Under the pieces are notes generated by a model. The model saw nothing but the letters and a program-made list of their open reading frames with translations. It ran no database searches and was not told the origin of the DNA. A stretch of DNA of 64,000 nucleotides from the human T2T-CHM13v2.0 reference genome, Homo sapiens. The stretch's first letter is position 1. Each line of letters begins with the position of its first letter. The position numbers and the translations under genes are program-made. Below, one piece after another: positions 50,771 through 64,000 of this stretch. The stretch lies in assembly GCF_009914755.1 (NCBI RefSeq), contig NC_060925.1; one strand, written 5' to 3'.

Positions 50771-52542
50771 TAAAGCCAGGACTTTTTAAGTTGAGACCTG
50801 AAGGACAAGTGGCAATTGGCCAGCTGAATCAACATTTCTTCATAAGATGAAAGAATTATACAGATGAGCTTAACGCTTCTTTTAAGGCTTAATCTAGCTA
50901 CACTCCTGTAATTTTTTCCAGGTATCCCCAACACCCAGTGTGCTGCGAGGCACCTAAAAGTCGCTCCATAGATGCTTATGAACTGAAGGAATGGATGTGC
51001 GATGGAATCCAAAGATGAAACTAAAAGCACCTACATGTGATTGGGCCCACTCCATTACCAGCTATCTGGCCATGGTCGGGAGGGAATCATCTGCAACTTC
51101 TTGGACCTTCTCACCCCTGCTCCAGCTTCCTTTGACTACAATCTGAATTCCCATCTAGGTGAGGAGCCATGGGTGACCAAAGATCACAGCAGGTAGGCAA
51201 GGAAGACACAGAGCCAGAACAGCATGTGACTCGGAAATGATCTAAGCTGCTGAAACTCATATCTCAAATTCCTTAAAGGAGGTCTAGTTGGTGGGAAAGC
51301 GAGAGTGCCTGACAGGGAATCCGTGTTGGTCGGGGACTCTGCCACCAGCAGTCTTGGGGAATTCCTGGGTCATGTGGTCGGATGTGTGGATGTGCTGAGA
51401 TATCTGGGCTGAGCTAAGCTACTCTCAATCCTGCCTGCCCCACTATTGACTCCTGGAAGGGAGACGCCTACCCCCCAGCCCCAAGTCCCATGGCTGATCC
51501 ATGTCTGAGGGGGTCATGGGGGAAAGCTGTTTATTGGATCTACTATGTGCTGTGCTGGGAAAACAAGTGGGAACAAATGTCTGTCCTTGTCCTTACACAC
51601 TTCACAATTTGTGTGTGTGTCTGTAGGGGAGTGGAGGTGGGTCCAGACTGGTAAAAGGGGATTTGAAAGCAGCTCAGTGTGTGGACTGCTGTGATGTGTC
51701 CTGGTGGGAGCAGGGTGCAGGTAGGAGCAGAGGTGAGAGGCACCAAGGCCATGCCATGGGGGTCACGTGAGGGTTGGGAGCAGGTAAGGCAGATCTCAGA
51801 TACCTCTAAGATGAGTCTTGAGCCCTGAGGATGAATTACAGCCTGTAGTATTCCCTACCTCCCCTCCAAGAAAGGGATGCAAATCCTGTTAGTCGCTGGC
51901 AAATTGGGAAGCCTAGCTCAAAGCTGCCCTCTTCTGACCAAACTAAGCCTAGCATGTTTTATGGGATGCCCAAAGCTGTGACCACAAGCAGAAGTCGGCT
52001 TAGGCAATTTGTTCCTCCAGTAAACCGTTCATTTGTTCATTCATTCATTCATTCAACAAATATGGACTGAGTAATTGCAATAACAGCTATAATGATATCT
52101 AACATTTATTAAGCCAGCCCTGGTTCTAAATTCTAAATTCTAGTATGTCTTGCCGGAAGTTTGGAGAATTTGTGCCGCAAACACTGAAAACAGCCCTCAA
52201 ACTCTCAATTACCCTGAGAAACCGAATGTTATTCACAGACCAGGCCTGGGAGGGGATGTGACTGAAGGAGAAGCTAGCTCTTCTCCCCAAGCCAAAGAGC
52301 TTGCCCTGTCTCCATCCTGGAATGGGAGGGAGAGCACACGCAGAGAGACAGGACGCAGGCGTGCCGGGGTCCAGCTCCACTTCCACCACCAACCCACACC
52401 ATGCCATGGCCAAGGACTTTCTCTTTTAGGGGTGGTTCCTTATCTGTAAAAGGAGATTTGGATAAACCAACTCTCAGTTTTGTTTCAAATCTGCTTTAAC
52501 TTCTCTGCAATATCTAAGCAGGGACAAATTAGAAACCTCAAG

Positions 52543-52888
<346 letters not shown>

Positions 52889-53806
52889 TCAGTACTGGAC
52901 ATTCAGGAGCCCCATTCCGTCTCGCATCCCCAGGCTGGCATAATGTTTTTGGCTCAAGAGTCTGGCAACCTGGGCTTCAGGCTCTGCTCTGTCACTAACT
53001 GACTGTGACTATAACTCATGTCTCCACCACTTCATGTATAAATAAGAATTATTCTTTTATGCAGCTAACATACTGTGTGTCAGCCACTGTTCCTTAGATT
53101 TCCTGTATTCATGAATTCAATCCTTTCTACAACTCTATGAAGTACATACTAGCCTATGATATCCCCATTGCGTGTGAGAAAAGTGACACAGAGCAATTAA
53201 GGGCCTATGCAGGGTCACAGAGTTGTCAAGTGGTGAAGCCAGATTGCCTGGGGTCCAATCTGGCTCCAGAAACAGCACTCTTAGCCCTCATACTTTGGCT
53301 TAGAGAGGATTCCTGACTTGCCTAGAGTGTCAAGTAGACTAAGCTGCTCTGCGTCATACTTTCCTCATCTGAAATGACTACCTCCTGGGCTTGCTGTGGG
53401 ATGAAATTAGAAGTGAGGTCGTCAGACTGATGGTTTCCTATCCGTCTGCCTGGCGCTTTGCTGGGCTCTGGTCCTCCCAAGTCCCCTCCCTCAATTTCGG
53501 CAGAGACCCAAGAGTGTGTGCGCGCACCTAGTGTGTGTGTGACAGCGAGGGGTTATCAGAGTTCCCTGAGCTCCAGCTGACCTGATTTGGGACAGAAGAC
53601 AGTTAAGATAAGCTCAGAGCTAGGAAGTGGTCATTGAAACAGCCCAAGGCTGGACCTCTGTGTTAAGGGAGGGAGGAAGGAGCTGATCTGAGAGAGAAAA
53701 GAAAGGACCTCTTAACAACTCTTAGTGCTAGATTCGAACACCCGAAGGAAGTTGTTCTGAGAGTTGGGAGGTGGAGGGGTGGATATATGTGTAGATTTGC
53801 AGTCTA

Positions 53807-54107
<301 letters not shown>

Positions 54108-55349
54108 GTTTAGAACTTCCAGTCAGTGTTTTAGAAAGGGTCTCCTTACCCCATTGTTAGTAGCGAAACCAGAGATTTTTCTCTTTTTCTGCCCTTCACT
54201 CCTGTGTCCTTTTCCCAGTCACGGAGGATCTGTCACTTCCATTGCTGTGGAGTTGGGAAGTGTGGGTGCTAGGGAGTGGAGAAGCTATGCCGGCGACTGG
54301 GGAAAATTTTCATGGGATTCCTCCATGGGTCTTCAAGTACTTTCTACTAACTCACTCTATTACGTTGTAGTCACCTGAGACCCTTTTTGAGTAAAGGATG
54401 AGTAAAGAAAAATAACCCCCCATCTTTACAGGTGTCCACCCTTTCACACTCACTATTTTATTGATTCTCCACTGACCCTGTGAAGTCGGGGCTTCTGGTT
54501 AGATGTTGGGGTACAGGGGCTGTTGATATAGATGTGGCAGGAGGTATAATGAGCCTGGGAATGGAAGTCAGGAGATGAGGTGCTACACCCAACTCTGCTG
54601 CTTGCTGGCCACATGACCTGGGACAGGTGACTCGATCTCCCAGCCCTCAGTTCCTAATTATTCAAAGAAGACCCCAAACTTGGAGATACTTTGTAAGCTG
54701 TTAAAGGCTCCCCAGCAGGTGGGGGTTTATGGCAGTGGATACTAGGCCACTTCACACTCCATTTAAATGCTGCTCCCTATGAAGGGGCTGAGGGTCTTCC
54801 TCCTGGCCCTGCCTCCACTTGGAATGACCAGGCAGGGCAGGGCATGGGAAGTGTGCCCAGGAGGGAGGTGGGAGAAAGGTCTGCCCATTGCCACCCCCCT
54901 TCCCCGTGCCTGGCTCCCAATGGCAACCTGAGCCCTTGGCCTCCCAAGCCAATCCTGGAATGTAAACCCCAAGCAAAGCACATTCTTTAGCCGGGTCACC
55001 AGCTCCTGGCCCTTGGCAAGGAAAGGCAGGAGCCAGCATTTCTCTTGGCCCCAAATAACGGTAGCACAATCTGGTACTGAGGGGCTATTACTACAAGGCT
55101 GGGTTAATCAGCTGGTTCTCACCCACAGCTCATAAAAAGCTCAGGTCTGACCTAGCACCCCTGTGAGCGCCCACAGTCAAGGGGAGAGGGAACTCAATCC
55201 CTAAGCAGAGGGAGTTGAAATATTGCTTATTTCCTGGATCTGGTTCCTTGTGTCAGTTGCAGGCCATAGAGGAACTCAGAGGGAAAGGGAGCACCCTAAA
55301 GATTCCCTCAACGCTGGTGCTGCCTCTGGACTCTTTGATTTCTAGCTTT

Positions 55350-55870
55350 TATTCAACAGTTGTGTGCTACATATTTAGATATCGCATGCCAGGCACTCTG
55401 TGTGATGCCCTGGGCCTATAAGAGTTAATAATATCATTACAGTCCTGAGAAGTACCTTAAAAGTTTTGTGTGCATGGGGATGAGGTGGGGTGAGGAGACA
55501 GTGGATTCGCCAGGTACACCATTGAGGGGGCATTCCGGGCAGAGGGGACAGGCTGCTTAGGATAGGGAGTCAAGGAGCAGCTGGACGCATTCAGGGAGTA
55601 CTGGGCAGAGGTAAGAAGAGGAGGTGGGAAGGGTGGGACTTCATGAAGATCCTTAGAGGGAGGCTGCTTACGCTTCACAAGGATATGGTCGGATACGTAG
55701 ACAAGAAGAACAGAGGGAGTCTAGCAGCCATGTGGAGGGTGTCTGGTGGGGAGCCTGAAGGTAGGGGAAGTGAAGTTGGGAGGCTACTGAAACTGTCCTC
55801 TCAAGGGACGGTGACGGTCTGGACTAAGCTAGTGGCTGTGTGAGGGAGAGAAGAGTGAAGATAAGGAGGT
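55350..55870 (-). mobile_element. Degenerate L2
   Basis: tgccaggcactctgtg...agttgggaggctactg pattern. Confidence 0.6.
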
Positions 55871-57340
55871 CACCTGCCACCCAGGGTTGAGCTGGCTGCC
55901 CCGAGGCACCGGGAGCGAAGGTCTGGGGTGGAGTAAGATGAATTTGGAAGGGAAGCTCCAGTCCAGTCTCCTTCTACAGATGGAACAGGGGAGCCTGGGA
56001 AAGGGATTTGTAAATTACTGTTCCCTTACAAATGTTTGGTGTTGAGACTATGAATTGCTAGGCTGTGATTAGGACCAAGGCCCATTTTCTGTTGAATGGC
56101 AGGCAGAGTGCCCCGAGGTCCTGTGTCGTCCTTCAGGTAAGGAGGGCAGGGTGGGCCACCGTGAGATGGTGCATGGGGCCATGGAAGTTCCCAGCCCTGC
56201 TTGCACAGCCATGTGCTCCCTTCCAAGGCTAAGCAGGGGAGGAGCCCCGACAGCCCAGTGAGAAGCCAAGCAGAGCAGAAGGCCAGCAGCTGGCACCCTG
56301 GAGCTCCTTCCTGTCCCACTGTCCATGCTGCAGGTACGCTGAAGGGAGGAGGATAGATTTCTCCCCAACCACCTGGAAACCCATCAACTCTGAAATGTCA
56401 CTTCAGGCACCAAGTGTTCAGATGAGTCTCTGGCCTCCAGCTCTCATCCCATGGACCCTCCTAGTCATCTGTTTCCTTTTTGGAGGGGGGCAGTGGCTGA
56501 GGGATCATGCATGAAAAAAAGAAACTGTCTCAAGAGCCAGGAGAGTCCAGTCTGGCTAAATTAGGAACTGGGACTTCCCCTCACTAGGATCTTTCCCAGT
56601 TCTTCCCCTCAGAGAGCCATCCAGTCATTTACTCGACACAGGTTTATCAAGTGCTGGTTCTGTGCCAGGCACAGGAGGTGCTAAGCATGTGAGGGTAAGT
56701 GAGGAAGACCGGGTTCCCTGCTTCATGGAGCTCAGGAGCTCTTGTGGAAGTCACAGGACTTCTTGAGTCTCCATTTCCTCACCTGTAAAACACCTCACCA
56801 TCTTTAGAAGGGTGCAGAAGATTCCCCTAGCCATGATGGCAAACTGCAGCTTGGGGTTCCAGAGGGAAGGGTGAGGCCTGGGTAACGTTGCAGCCACTCA
56901 CCCCCAAATTAAAGGACTCCGAGCCTGGATGCCTGCTCAGAATGTGAGTCTGGGAATGTGAGTGTGTGAGTGTAAGAGCAAAAATATGTGCATGAACATG
57001 TGTGTAGAAGCGCATATGGGTGTGTGTGTGAACGTGTAAGAGTGTAAGGTGTGTTATTTGAGGCGTACAAATGAGGATAAGTGTGTAAGGCATGTGTGGA
57101 TTTGAGGGGTAAGAGTACAAGGAGAGTGTGAAGCATGAATGTGAGGTGTGCGTGTGAGCATGAATCATCCTGTGAATGTAAATATGTGAGTGTTTCCATA
57201 AGGTGAGTGTGTAAGAGTGGGCGGTTTGTGGTATAAGCATGTGTGAGTGTATTTGTGGGATGTGTGAGAGCGTGTGTGTGAGCATGAGTGAATGTGCAAG
57301 CATGAGAGTAAGAAAGAAGGGGGAGAGTGTGGAGAGAGAG

Positions 57341-57392
<52 letters not shown>

Positions 57393-57710
57393 GGGGCAGG
57401 CAGGTCCAGGGTGTGCTGGCTGGAGTTGCGGGAAGCTCATCTGGTATGAAATAGCAGCTGCACAGGATCTGCAAAGAGCTCACTCTTGGAAAGAAGTTCA
57501 CTTTGCCCTCTGTGCGGCGATGGTGGGTTCTTGGTGCTCTGCTTTGTGGAGGGGACAGGCTGTTCAGGACAGGGAGTCGAGGAGCAGCTGGACGTATTCA
57601 GGGAGCACTGGGCAGAGGTAAGAAGGGGAGGTGGGAAGGGTGGGACTTCACGAAGATCCTTAGAGGGAGGCTGCTTACGCTCCACAAGGATATGGTCGGA
57701 TCTGTAGACA
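55542..57710 (+). repeat. 162-bp dispersed direct duplication (55542-55703 / 57549-57710)
   Basis: 11 mismatches and no indels by hand alignment. Confidence 0.95.
56940..57391 (+). repeat. GT-rich low-complexity tract ending in (GA)n(GT)n
   Basis: Seen directly. Confidence 0.9.
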
Positions 57711-58230
57711 GGGCCTCTGGGGGTTCTTTGAGCCAAGTACCTGCCTGGGGAGCTCAAAATGAATGGAGTATTTGGGAAACAGCCCATAATTAAACCATTA
57801 AAATAAAAAGGATCATACCATGGGGGAGCACGCAAACTCTAAAGACATTTTGCAGCTAACTGGCCCTTCCCCTTCCCCCAGGGATTGTCTCTCCCTCCTC
57901 TGTCACCACTTGCCCTGTGGGTAGAGAGGGGTGAGGTCTGAGAGGAACAGCCAGAACAGCTCCATCACACTTAGGCTGACCTGCCCCAAACCCTTCCTCC
58001 TGAGGCATTAACCCTCCAACTCAAGGTTTGCACAGACTCCAACGTGCCTTCTGAAGTCTCTTCACACCACTCCCCCAAAGGCCCCTTTGTTCAGTGTGCT
58101 TGGCACCTCAAGTCTCCCTTCCCTGCAGGCCCAGTTATAACAGTGGGCTCCTGTAGGGAGCCTTCCCAGAGGCGCTCAGTCCCTGGGGGGTTCTTGCTCT
58201 TCCCATCTTGCTCATCCATCCATTACATTG

Positions 58231-58665
58231 AGTTTTGAGTTGAATTACACCCCCAAAAAGATATGTTGAAGTTTTAACCCCTGGTACCTGTGAATGTGAC
58301 TTTATTTGGAAACAGGGTCTTTGCAGACATAGTCGAGTTCAAATGAGGTCATACTGGATTAGGACAGGCCTTAATCCAATGACTGGTGTCCTTATAAGGT
58401 CACGTGAAAATAGAGGCAGAGATTGGAGTTGTGCCGCCATAAGCCAAGCAACACCAAAGATTACCAGCAAATACCAGGAGCTAGGAGGAAGCGCGGAAGA
58501 ATCCTGCCCTCCCCACCCCCATCCCAAGAGCCTTCCAAGAGAGCACAGCCCTTCTGACACCTTGGCTTCAGACTTCTAGCCGCCAGAATTGTGACACAAT
58601 CCGTTTCTGTTTTAAGTCACCTACTTGTGGTATTTTTGTTAGAGCAGGTCTAGGGAACTAATACA
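58231..58665 (+). mobile_element. MLT1 (MaLR) solo LTR
   Basis: ttgaatt...gatatgttgaagt...tgtgaatgtgac...atttggaaa...ctagggaactaataca. Confidence 0.9.
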
Positions 58666-59295
58666 TATGGTCATTTTGATCCGCCCAGCTTGCCTGGGTC
58701 CTTCTGTGTGCCCTCCTCATCAGCTCTCACCTGGCTCCTGCCTTGTGTTGTACTTCTGCAGGTGTTTTATCCTGACATGAAGCTCCTGCCCTCACTCATG
58801 TTTGATCTCACTCAGACTACAACCTGAGCTCTCTCTCAAGCTGGAGGCCTTTGGCTCAAAGCTTTGGGCATGTTCTGTAGGTCACATGGTGGCATGGATG
58901 GATGGATACACTGACCTCCCTTGCTATTGCCCTTACCGTAGAGCTTAGAGACAGCAGCAGGTGACGGGGGAGGGACGCTGTACACTGAGCTGGGTTAGAT
59001 TTTCATTCCTATCACTTATTAGCTGTGCCACCTAGGTTAGTCACAGGATTCCCAGTTCTCAGTTTCTTCTTCTGTAAAATGGGGATTGGAAAAGGCTAAC
59101 TGTACCCTACCTCCCATGCAGGAGCTTTGCAGCTCATAAAGTCCAGTGCAAATGCAAGAGATTAGTAGAAAACAATCCTGGGGAAAGAGAAGTGATGGAG
59201 GGCATGGACTGGTCCACTCTCCTGCAGTTCTGGGGTCTCCTGGCCCTCTCTGATTGCCCAGTAGATGGGCCAGCCTTCCGCAAGAGAAGGCCTAA

Positions 59296-59800
<505 letters not shown>

Positions 59801-60249
59801 TAAAACCCTTAATTTATCCTAACTTCCCACATGCATAAACTCCAGACTCAACAAGACATATAGTAAGGCCTTTCTTGGTCTGCCTGCCTGCATTTCGAGG
59901 CCCATCTTCCCACATCCTCCCCCTACATTCTCCACTACATGTTTTCCCCCAAATAAGCCAAACCCTTTCCCTCAGTGGGCTTGAGAACACCTCTACCTCT
60001 CCTTCAACAACAATGAAATAATAATGCAGCTACTCACTGAACACACATACATCACTTTACATATAGCAGGTAGCTCTTAGCCTCATAAGTGAGGCCTTAT
60101 TTTGCACATTTTACAAATAAGAAAACTGGGACTCAGAGAGGTTAAGTAATGTACCCAAGATCAATTAGTACATGACAATCGTGATTTGAACCCATCTTTC
60201 TTGCTGCAAAGCCTGTGATCATCCTCCTCTGCCGGGCTGGTCTCCCTCT

Positions 60250-60572
<323 letters not shown>

Positions 60573-61576
60573 TCCCTCTTCTTTCAAAGTGCAGTTTGAG
60601 ATTTATTTCCTGGAAACCTGCACTGAACTCTTCATCTCAGCTCTCTGCAACCACCCTGAGTGGGGTGCCTGTGAGTTGCACTAGCAAAGGCTGACACTGA
60701 TCAAACAGTAACGGCAGCCATGGTCCCCTGTCTTCCTCCCAAGATGTAACTGCTATAGGGCAGGAATCTAGCACCATGCCAGGCACAGAATAGGTGTTAA
60801 ATGTTAAATAATGGAATGAAAAAGTTAGAAGGGAATTTTCGGGGGAGTATACATTTAGGAATAATCTATGCCCATTTCACATGAGGAAACCCTTCTCACC
60901 CATTCCTTGCGAATACTCACACTCATTCCTTAGGAAACAATCTCAATCCTTCTAGATTTTGAGACATTTTGAACTTCCTACATAGTATAGCGCAGTTGAT
61001 TTTCTTTCCTTTCCTGGTGCTATTTCACGTGAGGCAATGCAGTGCTGTGGTCACAAGTTTTGGGATCAGACCTGGTTCAGTCACTTACGAGTTTGTGACC
61101 CTGGAGCCCCAGTTTTCTCATCTGCAAGATGGGAGGATACTACCTACCTCATGGAGTTGATCTGAGGGTTGAAAGAAGTACCTTACCACCTGTGAGACAG
61201 CATTATGATTGCTGTTGTGTAGGTTGGGAAATGAAGACAGGAAAGGTGAGGAGCCTTCCCACAGTGGAAAGGGGACGGGAAAGCCTATGGGGGTTGGGGA
61301 GCGAGACCTGGGCCAGGCCATCTTATCCCAGATCCTGTGCTGCCTCTGCAGCACCATGAGGTACAGGACCACATGGCTTAACAGACATTCAGTATTTCCC
61401 TCATTCCTCAGTGAGGCACCCCTAAAGTCTTTCCAGAATGGACTTCCAAGGGGTGAGTTCTCAGCAGATACCAGCTCCAGCCCGGAGTTGCCCTCACAGG
61501 GTCCAGCAGCTAATTCAACCTTTTAGAGCTCTCTGTACTCCCAAGGTTCCGTCTGACCATTCAAAAATGGCTCATT

Positions 61577-61778
61577 GTCTGGGAATGGTGGCTGAGGCTT
61601 GTAATCTAGCACTTTGGGAGTCCGAGGCAGGAGGATTGCTTGAGTCTAGGGCCAGTTACTTGGGAGGCTGGGGTGGGAGGATTGCTTGAGCCCAGGCGGA
61701 GAGTGCAGTGAACCCTGATCGCACCACTGCACTCCAGCCTGGGCAACAGAGCAAGACCCTGTCTCAAAAAAAAAAAAG
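61577..61778 (+). mobile_element. Internally deleted AluJ
   Basis: Left-arm start joined to a right arm. Confidence 0.8.
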
Positions 61779-62068
61779 CTCAGCCCTATCCATGCATATG
61801 GGACCACTTTGTGTGCTTGGAAATGCCCCCTCCCATAAGGCTTGGGTTTCTCTTGCAAGGGGTGGAGGCACTCCAGTTGCTAAACACCTTTCTTGGGTAG
61901 GGGATTGAGGAGACAGGATGCCTTTGGAAGAGCATCCCCTAATGCACAGTTCCATCATCCCTTATAGTATCTGCAGCTCCTCCGGCTCCTGTTTCTATCT
62001 GTTACTTCAGGGGCTGAACTCAAATATAGGGATCCAGAAGCAGCAGGGGAGGCCTCTCTGCAGTCTCC

Positions 62069-62150
62069 TCACTAGGGGGCAGCAGCGGCTACGGGAGGCC
62101 TCCCAGCCCTGGGAGGGGGAAGGGAAATGCTGGGCCAGCAGGTGGCAGTG
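62069..62150 (+). promoter_or_regulatory. Two CTCF motifs
   Basis: TCACTAGGGGGCAG 62069-62082; CCAGCAGGTGGCAG 62135-62148. Confidence 0.65.
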
Positions 62151-62394
62151 CCCTTCTTGGACCCAAGTAAGGAAAAAGTCCAAGTACCCAGAGAAAGGGA
62201 GGGGAAAAAAATCCGTATCCTGTAAAGACCCAGGTTCCACTTGTCCTTGAAGATCCCGCTGAAGGTGTCACACTCCCTCCCTCCAGGAGGCTCCCTGGAC
62301 CCCTCAGATCCAGATAGGTGATCCTCCTCCATTCCTGCCTCCTGGAGAAAGAATTACACTATCACCTGATGAGTGATACCTGACTCCTCCAGAA

Positions 62395-63704
62395 CCCTTC
62401 AGGGCAGGCATTTTATTCATCATTTATTTTAAAAATAACTGGGAGTCAGAAACAGATGCTAAGAGGAGGCACATTCTTCAAGTTTTCTAAAAGAACCCTT
62501 TCTACTTTGGATAGGACAAAAATGAGCTTTGGCTGAATGAACTGAGACTAGACATAAGAAGGACTGAGCTGCTGATGAGTTATGAATGGAAGACTAACAC
62601 GCAGTCTCAAGGCAGGAGAAGAAGAACATGTGCTGTTTTCCTGGGAGTGGGGCAACTGGTGGTGGCTGTGAGAAGGCAGAGCTCTTCAGAGGGGACAGCC
62701 AAGAACAGGTAGTCACTGGGGGCCCTATTTAGCCTGAGAATGCAGGAGGGATTGTTTTATGGGGTCCTCCCTGCCCCTCAAGACACCCTTCCGCCCCATC
62801 CCCACACCAGGGTGCTAGAGAAGATAGGAATATAGATTTTAATCATTGTGCTGCTGCTATTAACCAGAGTGCAATTAATCCATCTTTTGTGGATTTTGAT
62901 GCCACAGTGTAAATGAGAGGGTTTCACACAGAAACACTCTGGGGGCCTTCGGTGACAAAAGGGCTAGGCCTCTGGTGGGGAGGGGGTGGCAAAAGGTGAA
63001 GTGGAATTAGGAGAGATGTGGGGAGCAGACCCAGGGCTGGGAGACTGCTCCTTCCCCATCACACATGCCCATCAAGGACCCCAAGAGGAAGGGATTCTTC
63101 CTGCCATGGCCTGGGCTGTCCAAGTGAGCCTGACTTCCCTTCCAAGGCAGCTGCCTCTAGCTTCATGTCCAATTCTCGCTGAGTAGATGAGGTCCAGGGT
63201 AGGCCCACAGTTGACCACCAAATGGTGAAGAGATATAAGCCAAGGGAGAAGAAAGTGGTTTGGAACCCCCAATCATTCTCCATTTTTCATCCTAAGCTAC
63301 CTTAAAACTAGTTCAGAGCTGGGGAAAGACAGCAACAGCAGTCTATCCTCTCGGTCAGAACTGCTCTACCTGCCTCCTGGAGATGGGGGTGGGGGGAGGT
63401 GGGACTCACAGGAGGGAGAGGTAGGAAATATTCCTGTGCCTTTCTTTGCCTGTGCAGTAAGTGAAGACTCTCTTCAGAGTCAGCTCTGCAGCTGGTGGAG
63501 TCATCTGTGCCTCTTACAGTTTTCTGAGATTGGTAGGATTTGGAGCTATAGAGAGGTCAACTTAGAGCCCCAAGGCCAGACTCCACTGGTTGCTAACAGG
63601 AGCTGACATTCTTGGAAGTAGCCCCGACTGCTTGGACAAGATCATTCCTCATGTTAAGAGTGAAGTGATATGGTCCAGGGCAAAGGTACTGAGCCCAGAG
63701 ACAG
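62395..63704 (-). other. KLHDC8A: KLHDC8A 3'UTR
   Basis: Runs from the stop codon to tandem AATAAA signals. Confidence 0.8.
62412..62428 (-). terminator. KLHDC8A: KLHDC8A polyadenylation signals (two AATAAA)
   Basis: Plus-strand tttatt at 62412-62417 and 62423-62428. Confidence 0.75.
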
Positions 63705-63898
63705 CTAGGAGTCAGAGACACACAGGGCCTCCACTGCGTCACTCAGACCCTGGTTGACACCTCCCACAGCGAGGAGGCAGTTCTTGACGACTATGCTGGA
63801 GCAGGCACAGCGGGGTGTGGGCATGGCAGGGAGGATCTCCCATTTGTTCTTCCCTGGGTGGAATGCTTCCGCCGTCTCCAGGACAGTGGGTTGATTCC
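63705..63898 (-). CDS. KLHDC8A: KLHDC8A last coding exon (kelch repeat; GNQPTVLETAEAF...VEALCVSDS*)
   Basis: Kelch signature (W..LPAMPTPR...LLAVGG); acceptor acactttcag|GG; TAG at 63707-63705; 194 nt. C-terminus recognised. Confidence 0.92.
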
Positions 63899-64000
63899 CT
63901 GAAAGTGTCAAGGGAATCAGACCTTACAAAGGAGTCCAACCACCAATCCATGCCCCACGGTCACCCCACCTCCCTCCCTTCGGCACCCACAAGCAGAAGC

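Noticed and set aside
56827-57501. 224-aa His/Thr-rich ORF
   Set aside because: Translation of CA-rich low-complexity DNA.
58390-58399. CArG box CCTTATAAGG
   Set aside because: Lies within the MLT1 LTR, close to its usual sequence; no independent support.

Overview
Human (primate) genomic DNA, Alu-dense. From the genes recognised it is the 1q32.1 TMCC2-NUAK2-KLHDC8A region (locus assignment from memory, not looked up). It holds the complete minus-strand NUAK2 (SNARK) gene: 7 coding exons of 231+121+152+66+120+133+1064 = 1887 nt (628 aa + stop), all introns GT-AG, with a CpG-island promoter near 48.1 kb and an ATTAAA signal near 28.39 kb. The last coding exon and 3'UTR of KLHDC8A (minus strand) sit at the right edge. 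The rest is intergenic or intronic, with about 45-50 Alus plus L1, L2, MIR, hAT (MER53, MER119-like, MER5) and LTR (MLT1, ERV1) relics; most ORFs in the supplied track are repeat-derived noise. I found no clearly new biological system. Best leads: (1) a phase-consistent, stop-free 4-exon minus-strand gene fragment at 204-1539; (2) a plus-strand exon with textbook splice signals, including a TACTAAC branch point, at 24785-25056; (3) three perfect NF-kB sites plus AP-1 about 7 kb downstream of NUAK2; (4) an in-frame upstream ATG of NUAK2 embedded in a TEAD motif; (5) a 162-bp local duplication. Repeat boundaries and subfamilies were read by eye and are approximate.
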